This document shows positions 1 through 14,979 of a stretch of DNA of 64,000 nucleotides, one piece after another. A model generated the notes under the pieces. That model made no database searches and was not told where the DNA came from. It worked only from the letters and a program-made list of their open reading frames with translations. The position numbers and the translations under genes were made by a program. Each line of letters starts with the position of its first letter. Position 1 is the stretch's first letter. The stretch is from the human T2T-CHM13v2.0 reference genome, Homo sapiens. Location: NCBI RefSeq assembly GCF_009914755.1, contig NC_060945.1. One strand, written 5' to 3'.

Positions 1-555
1 CCTCAGAGGTTTACTGCTAATTTCCAAAGTTGCTACCTAATAGGAAAGAGCACAGGACTCCCCAGCCCAGACCACCAATTATGTTGTATAACATTAATAC
101 TAAAAATTAATTAGCTTACTATCCTCACCTTCAAAACTATAGCATCTCAATTCCACTCCACCTCCCAATGTTTCCTCTTAACTCTTTGTGTTCACGAATG
201 AGAATGTCACACACATTCTATTTTTAGATGTCTTTCATATTCCATTTTCTTTAGCACCAGTATGTAATTCCATTGCTTAGTCCCATCACCACTTATGCAA
301 ACAGCGCCATCTTTGAAGATGTGTTGAGTTGCTCCTCCACCAGTACTATTAGGCAATGAGTTGTCTAATGGACCAATTACATGCTGTTGTGCCACTGCTT
401 TGTGCCACTCTAGTGCTGTTGTGACACTAGATGCTCTGCCATGTTCTAGGCAAATATGGGGATAAATACCTATTCCAAAAGAAGTACTCTCTGTGACTTA
501 AATCTTATAACACATTATGTAACTTTAACCTCACTTCAGAGAAAGGGACATCTTT

Positions 556-740
556 CAGCCTGGGCAACATAGTGAGACCCCATTTCTACAAAAAAAATAG
601 AGTGGCGGTACATGCCTGTGGTGCCAGCTACTCAGGAGGGTAAGATGTGAGGATCTCTTGAGCCCAGTAGATCAAGGCTGCAATGAGCTGTTATTGTCCC
701 ACTGCACTCCAGCCTGGGCAAAATAACTAGAAAAAAATAA
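556..740 (+). mobile_element. Old Alu (AluJ-like), 5'-truncated
   Basis: cagcctgggcaacatagtgagacccc, then A-linker, then right arm ending cactgcactccagcctgggca with an A-rich tail; AluJ-type motifs. Confidence 0.85.
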
Positions 741-789
741 AATGATATCTTTAATTTATACCTCCACACATTATTTTAAAAGGATCTGA

Positions 790-1035
790 GACAGTCAGGA
801 TTTGGTTTACCTGGGATAGGTGGCAAAGGCTAAGTCATGTGGCTTAAAAAATATAGAATACATCTTTGTATCATGTAAAAGATGTCTGAAGGGAGATGTT
901 CCAGGGCGGGTACATCCTTCTGTCTTGGTATTCTGCCATCCTGTTCTCAGCAATGACCTCATAGTCCAGAAAGGCAAAGATGACACCCTGAGTTCAAGCC
1001 ATCATATCCACATACAAGCCAGCAAGAGGAACGCC
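790..1035 (-). mobile_element. Highly decayed ERVL/MaLR-type LTR remnant
   Basis: Weak similarity to old MLT1/LTR33-type motifs (gtggcttaaa...atagaa, aagatgac...agccatcatatccacat). Confidence 0.35.
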
Positions 1036-1049
1036 TGATTAAGGGTACG

Positions 1050-1285
1050 ATAGTGTACACATGGACATACAAAGTGGAATAATAGACACTGTTGACTTGG
1101 AAAGGTGGGAGAGTGGTGGGAGGAGGGATGAGAAATTTAATTTAATGGGTACAATGTACACTATTCCAGTGATGGCACCACTGAAAGTCCAGACTTCAGC
1201 ACTATATGATATATCTATGTAACAAAACTTTACTTCTACCCCCTAAATATATAAAAAATATAAATACAAATGTAAAATAAAAAGA
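1050..1285 (+). mobile_element. L1 3' end fragment (L1MA/L1PB-age)
   Basis: acacatggacatacaaagtggaataatagacact...gggtacaatgtacactatt...ccagacttcagcactata...tacccccta followed by an A-rich tail. Confidence 0.85.
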
Positions 1286-1343
1286 CAAACACACACAAAA
1301 TAAAACCATTGAACTACATTCTTAAAAAAAAAAAAAAAAAAAA

Positions 1344-2270
<927 letters not shown>

Positions 2271-3991
2271 AGATTATTCTGCCTCCAACAACCTGCATAG
2301 ATTTTCTTCATCCAACATTACGTTGGTAATACCACCAAGGGGTATGTTTATCCGCAACCATAAATCCAAAGCAGTTCCCAAGTCCTCTAACATAAGATAC
2401 ATTTCACATAATTCAAATTGCAAATTTCAGAATCATCATCCACCAGGAATTGTAATTTCTTTAGGAGGATATGCATTTTACCTGCAGAAGGAAATTTAGT
2501 AAACAAAGTATGTACTTATAATCCTTTCTTTTATTTTCTGTGCTTTTATTCATGATCTGCTTTTACACCTAATCTTTTTTTCCCTTACATTTCTAAATTT
2601 GTCTGGGCAAAGGTTCAAGTTTTATAAACAAAATGGCCTTACAACTTGAACTCTTTACTGAACATCCTTATCTTTATTATTGTTGCTGTGTCTCTAACCA
2701 AAAAGTACCACTTCCTTTACAGCTTTCTTTACTATGGCTCTCTCTCTCTGTGTGTCTACTGTCTATGTTATTAATGATAATCTCTGGATGGTCAGATTAG
2801 GGATAATTATATTTGTCTCCTTTATATGTTTTTCTGTACTTTCCACATTTTCTACCTTGCATATGCATTGCTTATTATTGTAAGAAGTTATTAAATAATT
2901 TGGAAAAACATGCAAAAATAGTTTAGCCTTTTCTATTTATTGAGGTCATAAAGCAATTATTGGAATTACTTTGGTGGCATTAACAGGCAAATTGATTGAG
3001 GCTTTAAAATAGCTTTTGCTGAATCTGTCATGGCATTTTAATATTTTTAGATAAAAAAATAAAGCCCAATAGGATCAGTAAAAATTATTGGGTTTTAATT
3101 TCTAGTATCATCAAATTTGCTGAAGGCAAATTAGAATGCCAACTTAAAAAGCTGAACTTTTAAGAGTTAGTAAAAGATATATTAATTAGGAATGTTCAGT
3201 TCTTGACCCATTAATGCTATTCTTTATAAATGCATTGGGATATATTCATTTAATACTTCAGCAGTTTTACCATCCTTGCGATCTCATTTCTCGTTTCATG
3301 CTGAAGGGCTCTAATTTCTTCCTTGATTAAACTTTTGCTATGATAATAATGAAAAATTATTTTAATTATGAGAAAACTTCATCCACAAGGATTTGATGTC
3401 TTTCTTATTGTGATCTTTATTGCCTCTCTGGATCACTCCAACACGTTTTTGCCATGTCCTAGTTAAATGTTTTCTTTTCCTGAAATGGAAATTAACATCT
3501 TTTATTTTATCTTAATTTGTTTGATAAAGTGCATTTATTATTTTCCCTTTTTATTAAAATCAGATGTACAATAATTTACCAATTTAGTTTATAATTAATG
3601 GCTATGCAGTGATATACAGAACCAGAAATTCAAATCACTTATTTGCAAATAAGGACATTTGAGTTTCCTCACTGTAATGTTCAATCATATCATAAAATTG
3701 TGTGTATATCTACATAGTCATCTCCTTTTTATACATGCTATTTTATGTCAATTGTTATAAATTAGATATGCATCTATTTGTCTGTATGAACAAGAACATT
3801 CTCAAATTAATTTTTAGTGCCCAACAGGACAGAATGTGAAAGAAAAAAAATCGGGATAATTTGATTCTATTATTTCCTAGCTCTTTCATTTGCTCTTTAA
3901 GCCTCTATCCTTGGCCCCTGCCTCTATTGCCAGCCTCAGTTTCTTGTTTTTCAATATAGGTATTAAGTGATAGTTACTTTAATATGGATAA

Positions 3992-4118
3992 TTTTTTTCC
4001 TTCCTTCCTTCCTTCTTTCCTTCCTTCCTTTCTCTCCCTTTCTTTTTCTTTCTTTCTTTCTTTCTTTCCTTCTTTCTTTCTCTCTTTCTTTCCTTCTTTC
4101 TTTCTCTTTCTTTCTTCA
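3992..4118. repeat. Polypyrimidine microsatellite (TTCC)n/(TTTC)n
   Basis: About 125 bp of pure C/T sequence. Confidence 0.95.
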
Positions 4119-4179
4119 GATCACTTGTTCAACTTTGTTGTTCAATGTTGGGAATATCATTTTTTTTATTCTATACTCT

Positions 4180-4935
4180 CACCCATGGCTATGACCCCAA
4201 TACTATACATCAATGCTTCTACACTTATATCTTGAGTGTAGACCTTTTATTTTTTCAGATACATATATGAAATTGCTTGAAGTTGTTCTTCAGTGATGCC
4301 ATAAAGTCATCTTAACTCAAATGCAACTTAGCCCTCTCCCTCCCCTCTACCCTTAATGTTAGTAAATGACATCACCCTCCAAATCTTGAGCAGCCTTTTA
4401 AGTTTCTCTTTCTGACACCTATCTTTTCACAGGTGCCATCTGAAACTTAATCCATTAAGTTTCCAAAGTCTATACTTTAAACTATTGTCATCTCAAATTT
4501 GTATAAAAGGGACATTCCCCTTCAATCCATTATCTTCATTGCAGACCGAATTTTTTGATTAAAAATCAAACCAGATTAGGATTTTTCCCACCTTTAAACT
4601 ATTTTGCTGGCTTTCCGGTCCTCATATGCCATGTAACAACTTTTTTTTGTCATGGCTCCACAAACTTTGCTATATCTTCCACTTTCCACACTATACGATT
4701 GTTCTTCTATTGCCCTGTCTGTTCCAGATATACTGGCCGTTTAAAATTCGTATTTTACCATGCCACATCCCGTCTCGCTTCAAGTATTACCCATAATTAA
4801 TCTTTTCCTAGTTAATTTGGATTCCTTCATCAAGTCTCACCACAAAATCGCTACCTTAGGGAACACAAGAGAACAGGAGAGTATGCAAGGACATGGTCGT
4901 CATAACTTTGAACTGAAATATTAATGAATGATATA
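4180..4935 (+). mobile_element. L2 remnant
   Basis: cccatggct...acttatatct...agacc, aaatgacatcacc, and a terminal taatgaatga like the L2 3' end. Confidence 0.55.
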
Positions 4936-4969
4936 ATTTAAGTACAGCATTAATGACTGTGTAAAATTA

Positions 4970-5195
4970 ACAATAATAACAGTTAATATTTGGAGCACAC
5001 TTGTCAGGTGCTGACTTACATGCATTAGCATGGATTATCTAGCTGCTCCTTACAAAAGCCCATGAAGGCACTATAAGTAGCCTCATATTTTACAGATATT
5101 GAAAGTGCAGCTCAGAGACAGTAAGTAACTTTTCCGAGGTCACACAGTTAGCAGGAGGTGAAGACAAGGGGCAAATTCAAACAGCTGAGTAATAG
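4970..5195 (-). mobile_element. MIR
   Basis: catattttacagat...gaaagtgcagctcagagacagtaagtaacttttccgaggtcacacag is the MIR core in antisense. Confidence 0.85.
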
Positions 5196-6241
5196 AACTT
5201 CTGTATGTGTCCCACTACTATGTAGTTTCAAAATCTGGATTCCATTGCAACTCAAAAATCAAGAAAACTTGCTCTGTGTCATAACAGCTATCTGAACTAT
5301 TGACACTGCCAAAGCTAAAATGCACTGTAAACATTTCTTCAATCACCTCATATTTCTAAATGTCACTTCTGACTTTGATTAGGCAATCTTTTCTTGTGCA
5401 GATTTATCATCATCTTTGTGTTCTGGAATAGTAAAAATCATGTCAATTTACATCTGAGAAAAGGCATTCAATTAAAATTTAATTAGAATAACAGCATGCT
5501 CAATTTTTCTTGTAATATCTTTGGTTTAATGATGGAACAAAATGAGTTATTGACAGAAAAAAACAATGAAAGTAGTTTTGCATCTGCAAATTAAGATTAA
5601 AAATTTAAAAGACAAATATTTATATCCTCTCTTAAATGATAGTGCTAAATCATAAACAAAAGATGATTTAAATTAAATGTTTGTGAAAAAAGTTATAAAA
5701 ATGCTTACATTTCCTCAGATTATAATACATGTATACAATTAACAAACTAAACTAAAAAAAGAACCTGACCATGCATTTTTAATACATCTCATGGAACTCA
5801 TAATGTTTTTCCCTATACCCAACACAGTCTATTCAATATTCAGAGAAAGGAATCTACTGCTAATGCACTTGGGTATTGCCACAATAATATATTGACATAA
5901 AAGTATATTCTCAGCTTTTCTACTTATCACATTGTAGCCTGGCAACAAAGCGTATTTTGAGTAGCTCTGGTTTACTTTGTTGTGGAGTAAATCTGTTCGT
6001 GGCACAAAATTACAGGGAGGCTGGTAGTGCCTCTTTACTCTGCAAATCCAGACAACTAAGACATTTGGGAAAGATTGTATGATCATAGGCTTGTATATTA
6101 AAACCTTTTAAAAATTACGTTGAAACCTGCAATTTTATATGTTAGACACACTTCATCAATCATAACACTGGAAACAGTAGAATTATTATTCCTCTAAAAG
6201 CACCTGCCGCTAACTTAGTGATTAGGGTAAGTGAGGGATTC

Positions 6242-6657
6242 TGATATGGTTTGAATATGGCCCCCAAAATTTCATGTGTTGGAAACTTAGTCCCCAGTGC
6301 AACAGTGTTCAGAGGTGAGACCCTAAAGAGGTGATTAGGTCATGAGGGCAGAGCTCATTCTTACTGTTGATTTTACCAAGAGAGTGAGAGTAGCTTATCA
6401 CAGGAGTGGGTTCCTGCTAAAAATATGAGTTTAACCTTCTCCCTTTCTTGCTGTCTTTCTTGTACATATGTGCATGTGTGCTCTCCCGATCTTCTACCTT
6501 CCACCATAGTATGACATAGCAAGAAGGCCCTCACCAGACACAGGCCCCTCAACTTTGGACTTCCCAGTCTCAAGAACTATAAGGAATAAATCTTTGTTCT
6601 TTATAAATTATCCAGTCTTAGGTATTCTATTATAGCAGCACAAAACAGAAAAAGACA
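6242..6657 (+). mobile_element. MaLR solo LTR (MSTB/MSTC-like)
   Basis: Starts tgatatggtttgaat; contains ggacttcccagtctcaagaact and aataaa; ends tatagcagcacaaaacagaaaaagaca. Confidence 0.9.
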
Positions 6658-7589
6658 CTCTCTATAGCACTTGACAAATTCAGTGAAGCCATATGGTCTT
6701 AATTTCTAACAAGGTTATATTGTGCAATGGTCAAAGGGAAAAGAACTGGAGTTTATGGTTTGAAAGTAGACAGGTAGATTCACAATATACCAAAGTTTTC
6801 CCTTCCCTGACATTTAGTCACAGCAGTGACTCTTTGGTGTTGGGTAAATATTTAGGGTTTTGAGTCAGTTTAGAGGGTCAGAGAGAGGAGATGTAGCAGC
6901 AAGAGAAGAAAATAGGGGGTTTCAAATTTTGCTAATGGGAACAAATGGGGTCACCAACAAATAATTTGAGAAAAAGTGTTATCATATTTTGATATTAATT
7001 AGTTTGATATACTATTGACTTTATACATTATCAGGTAACATACACATTACTTACTACTTACTATAGGTTGCAAATAATATTTTCTTGCATGAACCATAGG
7101 ATTCAAATTCTTCGACAATTCAAGGGAGTTAGTTTTCATTTGCAACTAGAATAAATCACTTGACTTCATAAGAGTGAACAGGGAACAGATAGACACTGAT
7201 GCTTATGAAGAAAAAACAGCACTATATAGAAAAACAAAAGGAATATTCCCAGGGTGGCATTCTGACAGAAAGTATCTTTGAATGTCCCCACTGCACGCAG
7301 TGAAAAACATCTTTTAAGACACATTGCAAGTAGTGCTTAAGTAATATCGTTATATCAAAACATGCCATCATTTAAACTTATCTGAATCAGCTACCGATAT
7401 ACAGACTTTCAGTTATATATAATTTCACCAATTTAGTCATTTTACTACAGTCTATGTCAAACTGAATATTAATGTCAAAAAAACCCCAAAACTTCATAAA
7501 AGATGCTTGAAGATGCATAAACATATTTTAATGAATATTTTGACATTATCTAAAATTCCAGACATTTATAAATAATGATTTGGCATTTT

Positions 7590-8090
7590 GATTTAATTTA
7601 ATTTATTTGTATTTAAATATTTCTTGATATATAATGTGCATACAGGTGTACATGCACAAAGCATTAATGTAAAACTCAATGAATTATTATAAGGGAAATA
7701 CATTTCTGCAACGATGAAATAGAATGAGCTCTGTTCTGCCCCTGAAAACCATTTTTTCCCTCTTCCTTCCCAAAGGTAACCACAATCTTAAGAACTAATG
7801 TTGTAGGTAAACTGTCTTTTTATACAAGTGTTTTTTAACAGAACATTTTAAACATATATAAAATCAACAAAATATGATAATAGACCTGACCCCCAGCCTT
7901 GGCAATTACTAATCATGTACCATTTTTGTTTCATCTATAGTTCAACCCATTCCCCGCCCCTGTTTTATTGTTCTTTCTAGTCATTTTTTGTGAGATAGGA
8001 TGTATATGCATCAAATGTACAATCTTAACTGAACATTTTTAACAAATTAATATGCCCCCATGACCTTTTCCCCTTTAAAAAATAGAAGTA
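7590..8090 (-). mobile_element. Old L1M 3' remnants
   Basis: Antisense L1ME/MC-like motifs such as ccaaaggtaaccacaatct and aaatgtacaatcttaa. Confidence 0.45.
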
Positions 8091-8473
8091 CCTCTATTAA
8101 CAATCATTAATGTGCTTGTCAATCACCTGGAAATATTGAAAATCCAGATTTTGATAAAATAGATCTAGGTTTTTTTCTGAGAATTTGTATGTCTAACAAG
8201 GTACGGATCCATGGAGCACATGATAACTAAAAGGTCTCTTCTATCTGAAGTACGTATAATTAAGAACAATTGACCTCAGGTGAAAGGACAAATCGAAACA
8301 CATGTACAATATGCCATCTGTAGGAGCATGTGGTTAATAATAACATGAACTGATGAAACAATTTTATAATGATTTTAATCTAAAATTAGCAAAATCCCTA
8401 TTATGGTTTCCATAGAAATGCTCTTTCAGAGTAAAAAAAAATAGTATGAGAGGGCAATAGTTAAAAACAGCAA

Positions 8474-8539
8474 AGATTTGGATGTAGGTGTCTTATAAAG
8501 TAAGCTTCAGATTTGGAAGTAGATGTCTTATTAAGTAAG
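8474..8539. repeat. Diverged tandem duplication (31 bp, period 35)
   Basis: agatttggatgtaggtgtcttataaagtaag / agatttggaagtagatgtcttattaagtaag. Confidence 0.85.
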
Positions 8540-8749
8540 TAGTAGACCCCTCTTCACACTCGTAGGTGGTCTTTGCAGAATTACCTCAAATTCAGTCATT
8601 TACACATCAATTGCACATACTTCTCATAGCTTCCCTTTAAAATGATATTTTAATACCCTTACAAAATTTAACTCCGTTTCTTTATCAAATTAAGTAACAA
8701 AACTTTTATATGATATTATGCATTCCATTTATATTAAACTTAAACTTAC

Positions 8750-9610
8750 ACAACTTTATTAGGCAGTGTCTCTGTGTCTAGTACCTGATATTCCTTGGGG
8801 TTCCGCCATTTGCACAGGCACCACAGCTGAGAAGCAGGGATTCACCAGACAGGATAGTCCTTGCGTCTTTTTCTTTCTCAGGGCATGAGTTAATCAGTCA
8901 ATCAAGTCATGTGAGAATAGACCATACATTACCTAGCATAAAAGTCTCATTCCTGGGCACTCTTCTCAGAGGAGGAAAAGACCAGAAAATCCTCTTAGGG
9001 GCCATTTCCTGAAACAAGAGCTAAGGGCTCTAAGGGGTCGGGGCTCCGATCAGAAGGTACAAATTTCTCAGGAGGGAGGAATGAGGCAGTCATTCTGAAC
9101 CTGGATCTCCATCATCCTTTGTCCCATCTCATCCAGGCATTTCTGAGGGGCTGTTCTGAAGCATGTCTGGATGGTGGAGGTTGGGGAACAGTGTGGGCTT
9201 TGATGGGACTCAGGTAAGGTATTTCAAGGGGAGGCAGAAGGTCAATGCTAGCCATCTGGAATGGTGTCCTTGTAGGTAGTGGGTTGCCTCTTTGGGTTCA
9301 AGTCCAATTTCACTAGAGAATGGGCTGGAGAGTCTGGAAGATTCCCATCTCTGATGCTCTGGGGATGGGGTCTGGAAGGAGCTCAGTCTCAAGATCTTTG
9401 GGAAATTATGGAAAGTCTGTTTGGGAACTTGGGAAGACCTGGTGTCTGAATGTTTGATTTGCTGTCCTGGCCACATATATCCTTTGCAGGCAGAGAGCTG
9501 GGTTTGCATTCACATCAACACAACCGTGAGCCAGAGGTTGAAGTGGCCATGGCCCGTATCTTGGTGGCAGGCTAGGGTACATCAAGAGAGAAAATTTCAA
9601 GTCTGTTGAC
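8750..9610 (-). pseudogene. Candidate processed retrocopy or mRNA 3' fragment of unknown parent
   Basis: Sharply bounded GC-richer block that matches no repeat I recognise; AATAAA on the minus strand (tttatt at 8755-8760); no clear poly(A) or TSD. Confidence 0.35.
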
Positions 9611-9836
<226 letters not shown>

Positions 9837-10189
9837 TAAATATAAGAAAGTTCTTTTTATATTTGTGTTTTAATGTTTTGAATGTGTTCAGTATTTAATT
9901 TTGTATCATATCACATAGCTATATTGTGAGAAATAATGAGAACCAAGGAATAACGCACAATTTGGGGGAAGTAATATTTCCTTTTCAAGTTAATTTGTGT
10001 AATCATATAGAATGAATAAATATTTATGTAATGGTTAGAATGACAAAGGAGGTAACATTAAGCGTAAGAAAATAACTTTGATTTTTTTTGGACCCATTTA
10101 TCCTTTTTGGGTTTATCACCTACTTCTAAATCTCTTTCCACCATATTCAGATAATTCACTGTGGGTTCTGTTGCCCATTCTCCAAAGTA

Positions 10190-10489
10190 TTTTTTTATTT
10201 TTATTTTTTTGAGACAGAGTCTTGCTCTGTCACCCAGGCTGGAGTATAGTGTGTGATCTTGGCTCACTGCAACCTCCACCTCCTGGGTTCAAGTGATTCT
10301 CCTGCCTCAGCCTCCTGAGTAGCTGGGATTACAGGTGCATGCCACCGTGCCTGGCTAATTTTCGTATTTTTAGTAGAGACGGGGTTTCACCATATTGGCC
10401 AGGCTGGTCTCGAACTCCTGACCTCATGATTCACCCGCCTCAGCCTCCCAAAGTGTTGGGATTACAGGCATGAGCCACAGAGCCTGGCC
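10190..10489 (-). mobile_element. AluS, full length
   Basis: Full antisense Alu; short TSD caaagt at 10183 and 10490. Confidence 0.95.
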
Positions 10490-10693
10490 CAAAGTTTTTT
10501 GTATGTGCAATTGTCACTCCTACCTTCTGCTCTCAAAATTATTGTTCTTTGAGTTTGATATAGCCAATGCTGCTTCATCATGCTACTGAAACCTGTGCCA
10601 TTAAGTGATGTTCTTGGAGCTGTAGCTGACCACTGTCACAGCTTTTACAAGCACTAGCTCTAGGTATGTAGGTATGACAGGCCTGGGCCTGGA

Positions 10694-11021
10694 GTTTTGT
10701 TTTTTTTGTTTTTGTTTTTTGAGACATGGTTTGGCTCTGTCGTTCTGTCACCCAGGCTGGAACAATGGCATGATCGTAGCTCTTTGTAACCTTGATTTCC
10801 TGGGCTCAAGCAATCCTCCTGCCTCAGCCTGCTGAGTAGCTGGGATTATGGGCATGTTACACTATGCCAAGCTATGTTTTTTATATTATATTTTATATTT
10901 TTTATAGAGATAGAGTCTTACTGTGTTGCCTAGGCTTGTCTTTATCTCCTGACCTCAAGCAATATTCCCACCTCAGCCTCCCAGAGTACTTGGATTTTTT
11001 GTGTAAACCATTAGCCCCAGC
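10694..11021 (-). mobile_element. AluJ
   Basis: Antisense ctgggctcaagcaatcctcctgcctcagcc; highly diverged. Confidence 0.88.
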
Positions 11022-11672
11022 TTGAAGTGTTCTTAATACTGATGAAACCTAGCATATATTTACCAACTGGACTCAGTTTCTTGGAATTGCAGTTTGCAGA
11101 GACCATTCTGTGTTTTGTGCTTAATAAGAAATAATCCCACTCTCCTTTAAGTGTATTTCTCTTTGACCTTATTCTCAAAACAATCCTACCTTTCAATCTT
11201 AAATTTTCTAAACAATCTTTTCAATTGTTGGTCTTTTATTTTCTGGAGCCCCGAACCCCAGCTTCCACCACCAAGTCAGATAAAAGTTCATTGAGGCTGG
11301 TCTTGGGAACAGTTTTAGTGATATTTTTAAACTTGTTACTTCCCTCTGATGGCCAAGTTAATATTAATGAAAAAATTGGTAGGTCTTATTCACTCTTCTC
11401 TAAGGTGATTTATTACCCAAGAAACATTCTCTTAAAGCCCTAGACATTTATTATCCTGTGAATTATCCATCTATTGTCAAAGAAAAAAGTATAAATACCA
11501 GTGACTATTAGAAAAATAAAATCCCTAGGCAGTATTGAGACACAGCTGAGATGGCTAAACATGAAATAACAAAAGAGGAAACATCTCCATTTTTACCAGA
11601 TTTTTGTTTTGTCAGCCCATCATCATCTTTTTTTTTTCTAAATATGAAATATGAAGTACATGCTTTGGTTAA

Positions 11673-11985
<313 letters not shown>

Positions 11986-13093
11986 ACCTGAAATTTTTTT
12001 CAGGTAGTTTTGACAAAGGAAAACAGAAAAAGCAGTTGAATGTTGCCAAAAGATTGCTTGAATCAGTGCATCACAGAATTTAAAATATCAGATGCATAAA
12101 ATATAAGCAAGCAAATTCAGAATTGTCTTGCTAGGTAAGGAGTAAGCATTCAGTGCTTAATAAACCAGACAAAAGGACAGATTTCAGCAAAAAAGATGGA
12201 GTGTTAAGAAGATATGGTGAGACCTTTATATTGAAAGTTTTACAGTTACAAATTATACCAAGGTTTACGGTATACAGACAGTAACTGATGTGGATAGAAA
12301 ATCATATTTGATAACTAGAATGATCACACATGTTCAAAAATGTGGAAGAGTTCACAGACTCCACAGAGGATACTCACATAAGACTTCTAACAAAGGCAAA
12401 GAATATGGTAGAGCTAGAGGAAGAGATTACAGGTAAACATCTGAGATGTGAGGGATAACCAGGACTGACCCACCCCAGAGGGTTTTTATTCACACAAGAA
12501 CGTACATAGGCTCTGAAATGAATTGTCAAGATGAGTTGAAAAGTTGAAAAGCGTTGGTTTCGGAGGACTTCTGGCAAAAGCCTCCAGCTGACTCTTTCAT
12601 GTGTCTCTTGTCTAATTTGTAGGTGAATACTATCCGTAAACATAATGGGCCTGAGTGTCACCAAGAGAACTTTGGACTTTAAGCGGAACATGATGAATCA
12701 TTAATCAATTAGTAACTTAATTAATTAAACTAATTTTAGCCAAGCATCAAATTCTGATGAGAAATTCTGAGAGACAAGGATAAATATCTTCCAGTCCAAC
12801 TGTTAAATAACTGGCTTACACAATATCCTGCCCCCATAGTGTGAATTTGTTGAAGTAATTTGTGTTAGACAAAGAGTTGAGTAAAGTTGTGTCAGCTGCT
12901 AAATTTAGGAAGGAAGTGCCTAGAACTTGGAGATGAAATTAATGAGGAGACATTAGGATTAACAGATGGTAGTGGACTCAAAGGTGCCAGTATTTTTATG
13001 CAGGCATGTAGTCATATATTGATTCACAAGAACTCAAGGAAAGTGACAAAAAGGCTTATTCTAACTTCCAACCTTAAAGCTTATTTTTGAACC

Positions 13094-13886
13094 TGAGTCT
13101 GCCTTTGTAAGGATTATTACAGTGAGATTAGTTTAATTGCCTGACTCCATCTTGCTTCTGGCGTTGTAGGCTGATTGTCCTCGCTCATTCCTGGGCATAG
13201 GCCAAGCTAACCATGGAAGAAATTTAGTGTTTGATTTAATGTTGAAGCAAGAATAATAGTCCCTTCCTAAAACTGATTCTCTCCTTGTTTGGGGACTGAG
13301 ACTGTCTTTGCAAGATTATTGAAGTCTACAAGGTTGGGATTACAAGAGGAGCCTGAATTCAACTAAAATGTAGATATACAATAATCAGCTATTGCACTGC
13401 GCCTTGCTTTTCTATAACCCCTTACTGCTCAGGAGTCATGTGGTCAGAGGTCTCAAGTTTGTGACTTTTCCAGTTGCTCCTGTAGATAGCATCATTATTG
13501 TGGAAGCTAACATTGGTCTTTTGAGATGTTTTCCAGACTTTTGTGCTCTGGCTCACTGATTCCACCTGGACCCAGGACTCATGACTGGACTGGTTCTGTG
13601 GCCCCATCCAGAGGATGACTCAGCCACAAGGATAGTTTTCCACATGCCTATGACTTCATCCCCCATCCACCAGCAGCACCCATTTCCTAGCTCCCTGCTA
13701 GGCAAATTATGCACGAAAACCCTAGACTCTGAGTTCTTGGGGAGATGAATTTGAAAATTAACTTCCATTCTTCTGCTTGGCTGGCCCTGTGATTATTAAA
13801 CTTTGTCTTTGCTGCCAAAAACCTGCTATTCTCAGTGCATTGGCTTTTCTAAACAGTGGGCAAGATGAACCCATCAGGTAATTATA
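13094..13886 (+). mobile_element. ERV1 solo LTR, LTR8 family (LTR8A/8B-like)
   Basis: tgagtctgcctttg start, gactccatcttgcttct, ctcattcctgggcataggccaagctaac, ggggagatgaatttga, and gggcaagatgaacccatcaggtaattata end. Confidence 0.85.
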
Positions 13887-14979
13887 CTTGCTAGTCAATC
13901 ATTCATTTGTTTATTTAATACTCTCTTTACAATTATTCCAAAAAAAACCAGCTAAAAATTCCCTCTTCACAAAAAAATGCATGCCCTTGAGTTAGAAATC
14001 ATCAAGATAATTCTAAACAGTTGCTTTATGTAGAATTGCCAATATTAAATCATGAGCTTTCAGTAAACTACTTGGTAATCTAAAACCTACTTTGATAATT
14101 GCAATTTTATAAATATAGGCAGGCAACAGTCACAAGTTTTTAAATTAAATGGCAAATACAGTGTGCTTTATGTTTGGTTACTTAAAGTATGAGCTCAATG
14201 TCTATAGCTTAATAAAATCTGAAATTTAACTTAAAGTGCAAATATACCTTCTCCATATTATGGATGATGCACTGCTCACCAATACATTTCACTTAAATCA
14301 CAAAAGATTAGGTAATATTAATGCCATGAGTCTTTCCAAATAAAGAATTTTCCATATATATGTTGATTGATAGCCATGAACTCATTCAAACCTCAGGGAA
14401 AAGCTGAGTGATGTCAAGCAGTTGCCAACTATGCAGATTGATCAAAGTAATACCTCATTGCTCTGGAGACAATGACAGGAACTCATGTTGAATTTGACAG
14501 GTTCACTGACATTAGCTCTAATAAGACCACATTTCAGTGCAGCTGCATTAGGCTACAAACTGAACTGCTCCCTGCCAGTAGTCCTGGAAAAGGAGAAATG
14601 ATTCATGCTATCAGATACTGCACAGACAAGCAATGAGTGTTTACTACTTGAATGAGATAGAGTAGACATGCTTTATTTCCTCCATAATCTTCTTTGAATT
14701 GCATTTGCCCAAAACATCCCAGTATTTCAAACAAATAAATACTACCCAAAGTATGTCTCCATGCTCACGGATCTTGCAGAGATATTTGTGTCCAGGCCTT
14801 ATCTGTTATGGCCCCAGAGCTTTAGCCTTTAGATCCATGACCCATGATAGCATTGGATACTCCTAATTAACTACACAGCTTTTAATCAAATTAATATGCT
14901 CAAATGTGTGATGTCCGAAGAAAACAGTAGACAGAATTCTGAGAACAAAGATTCCTGCGTAAATGCTGCATAGTGAAGA

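Noticed and set aside
3967-4235. Hydrophobic F/L/S-rich ORFs that look like membrane peptides
   Set aside because: Artefact of the CT microsatellite.
8110-8220. Possible MER5-type DNA transposon remnant, plus other faint MIR/L2 traces (about 17.8, 31.9, 32.3, 49.8 and 53.3 kb)
   Set aside because: Too decayed to delimit by eye.
9000-9600. Faint resemblance of the minus-frame peptide to a WIP-family C-terminus or a homeodomain helix
   Set aside because: Only a few residues match, which is not enough to name a parent gene.
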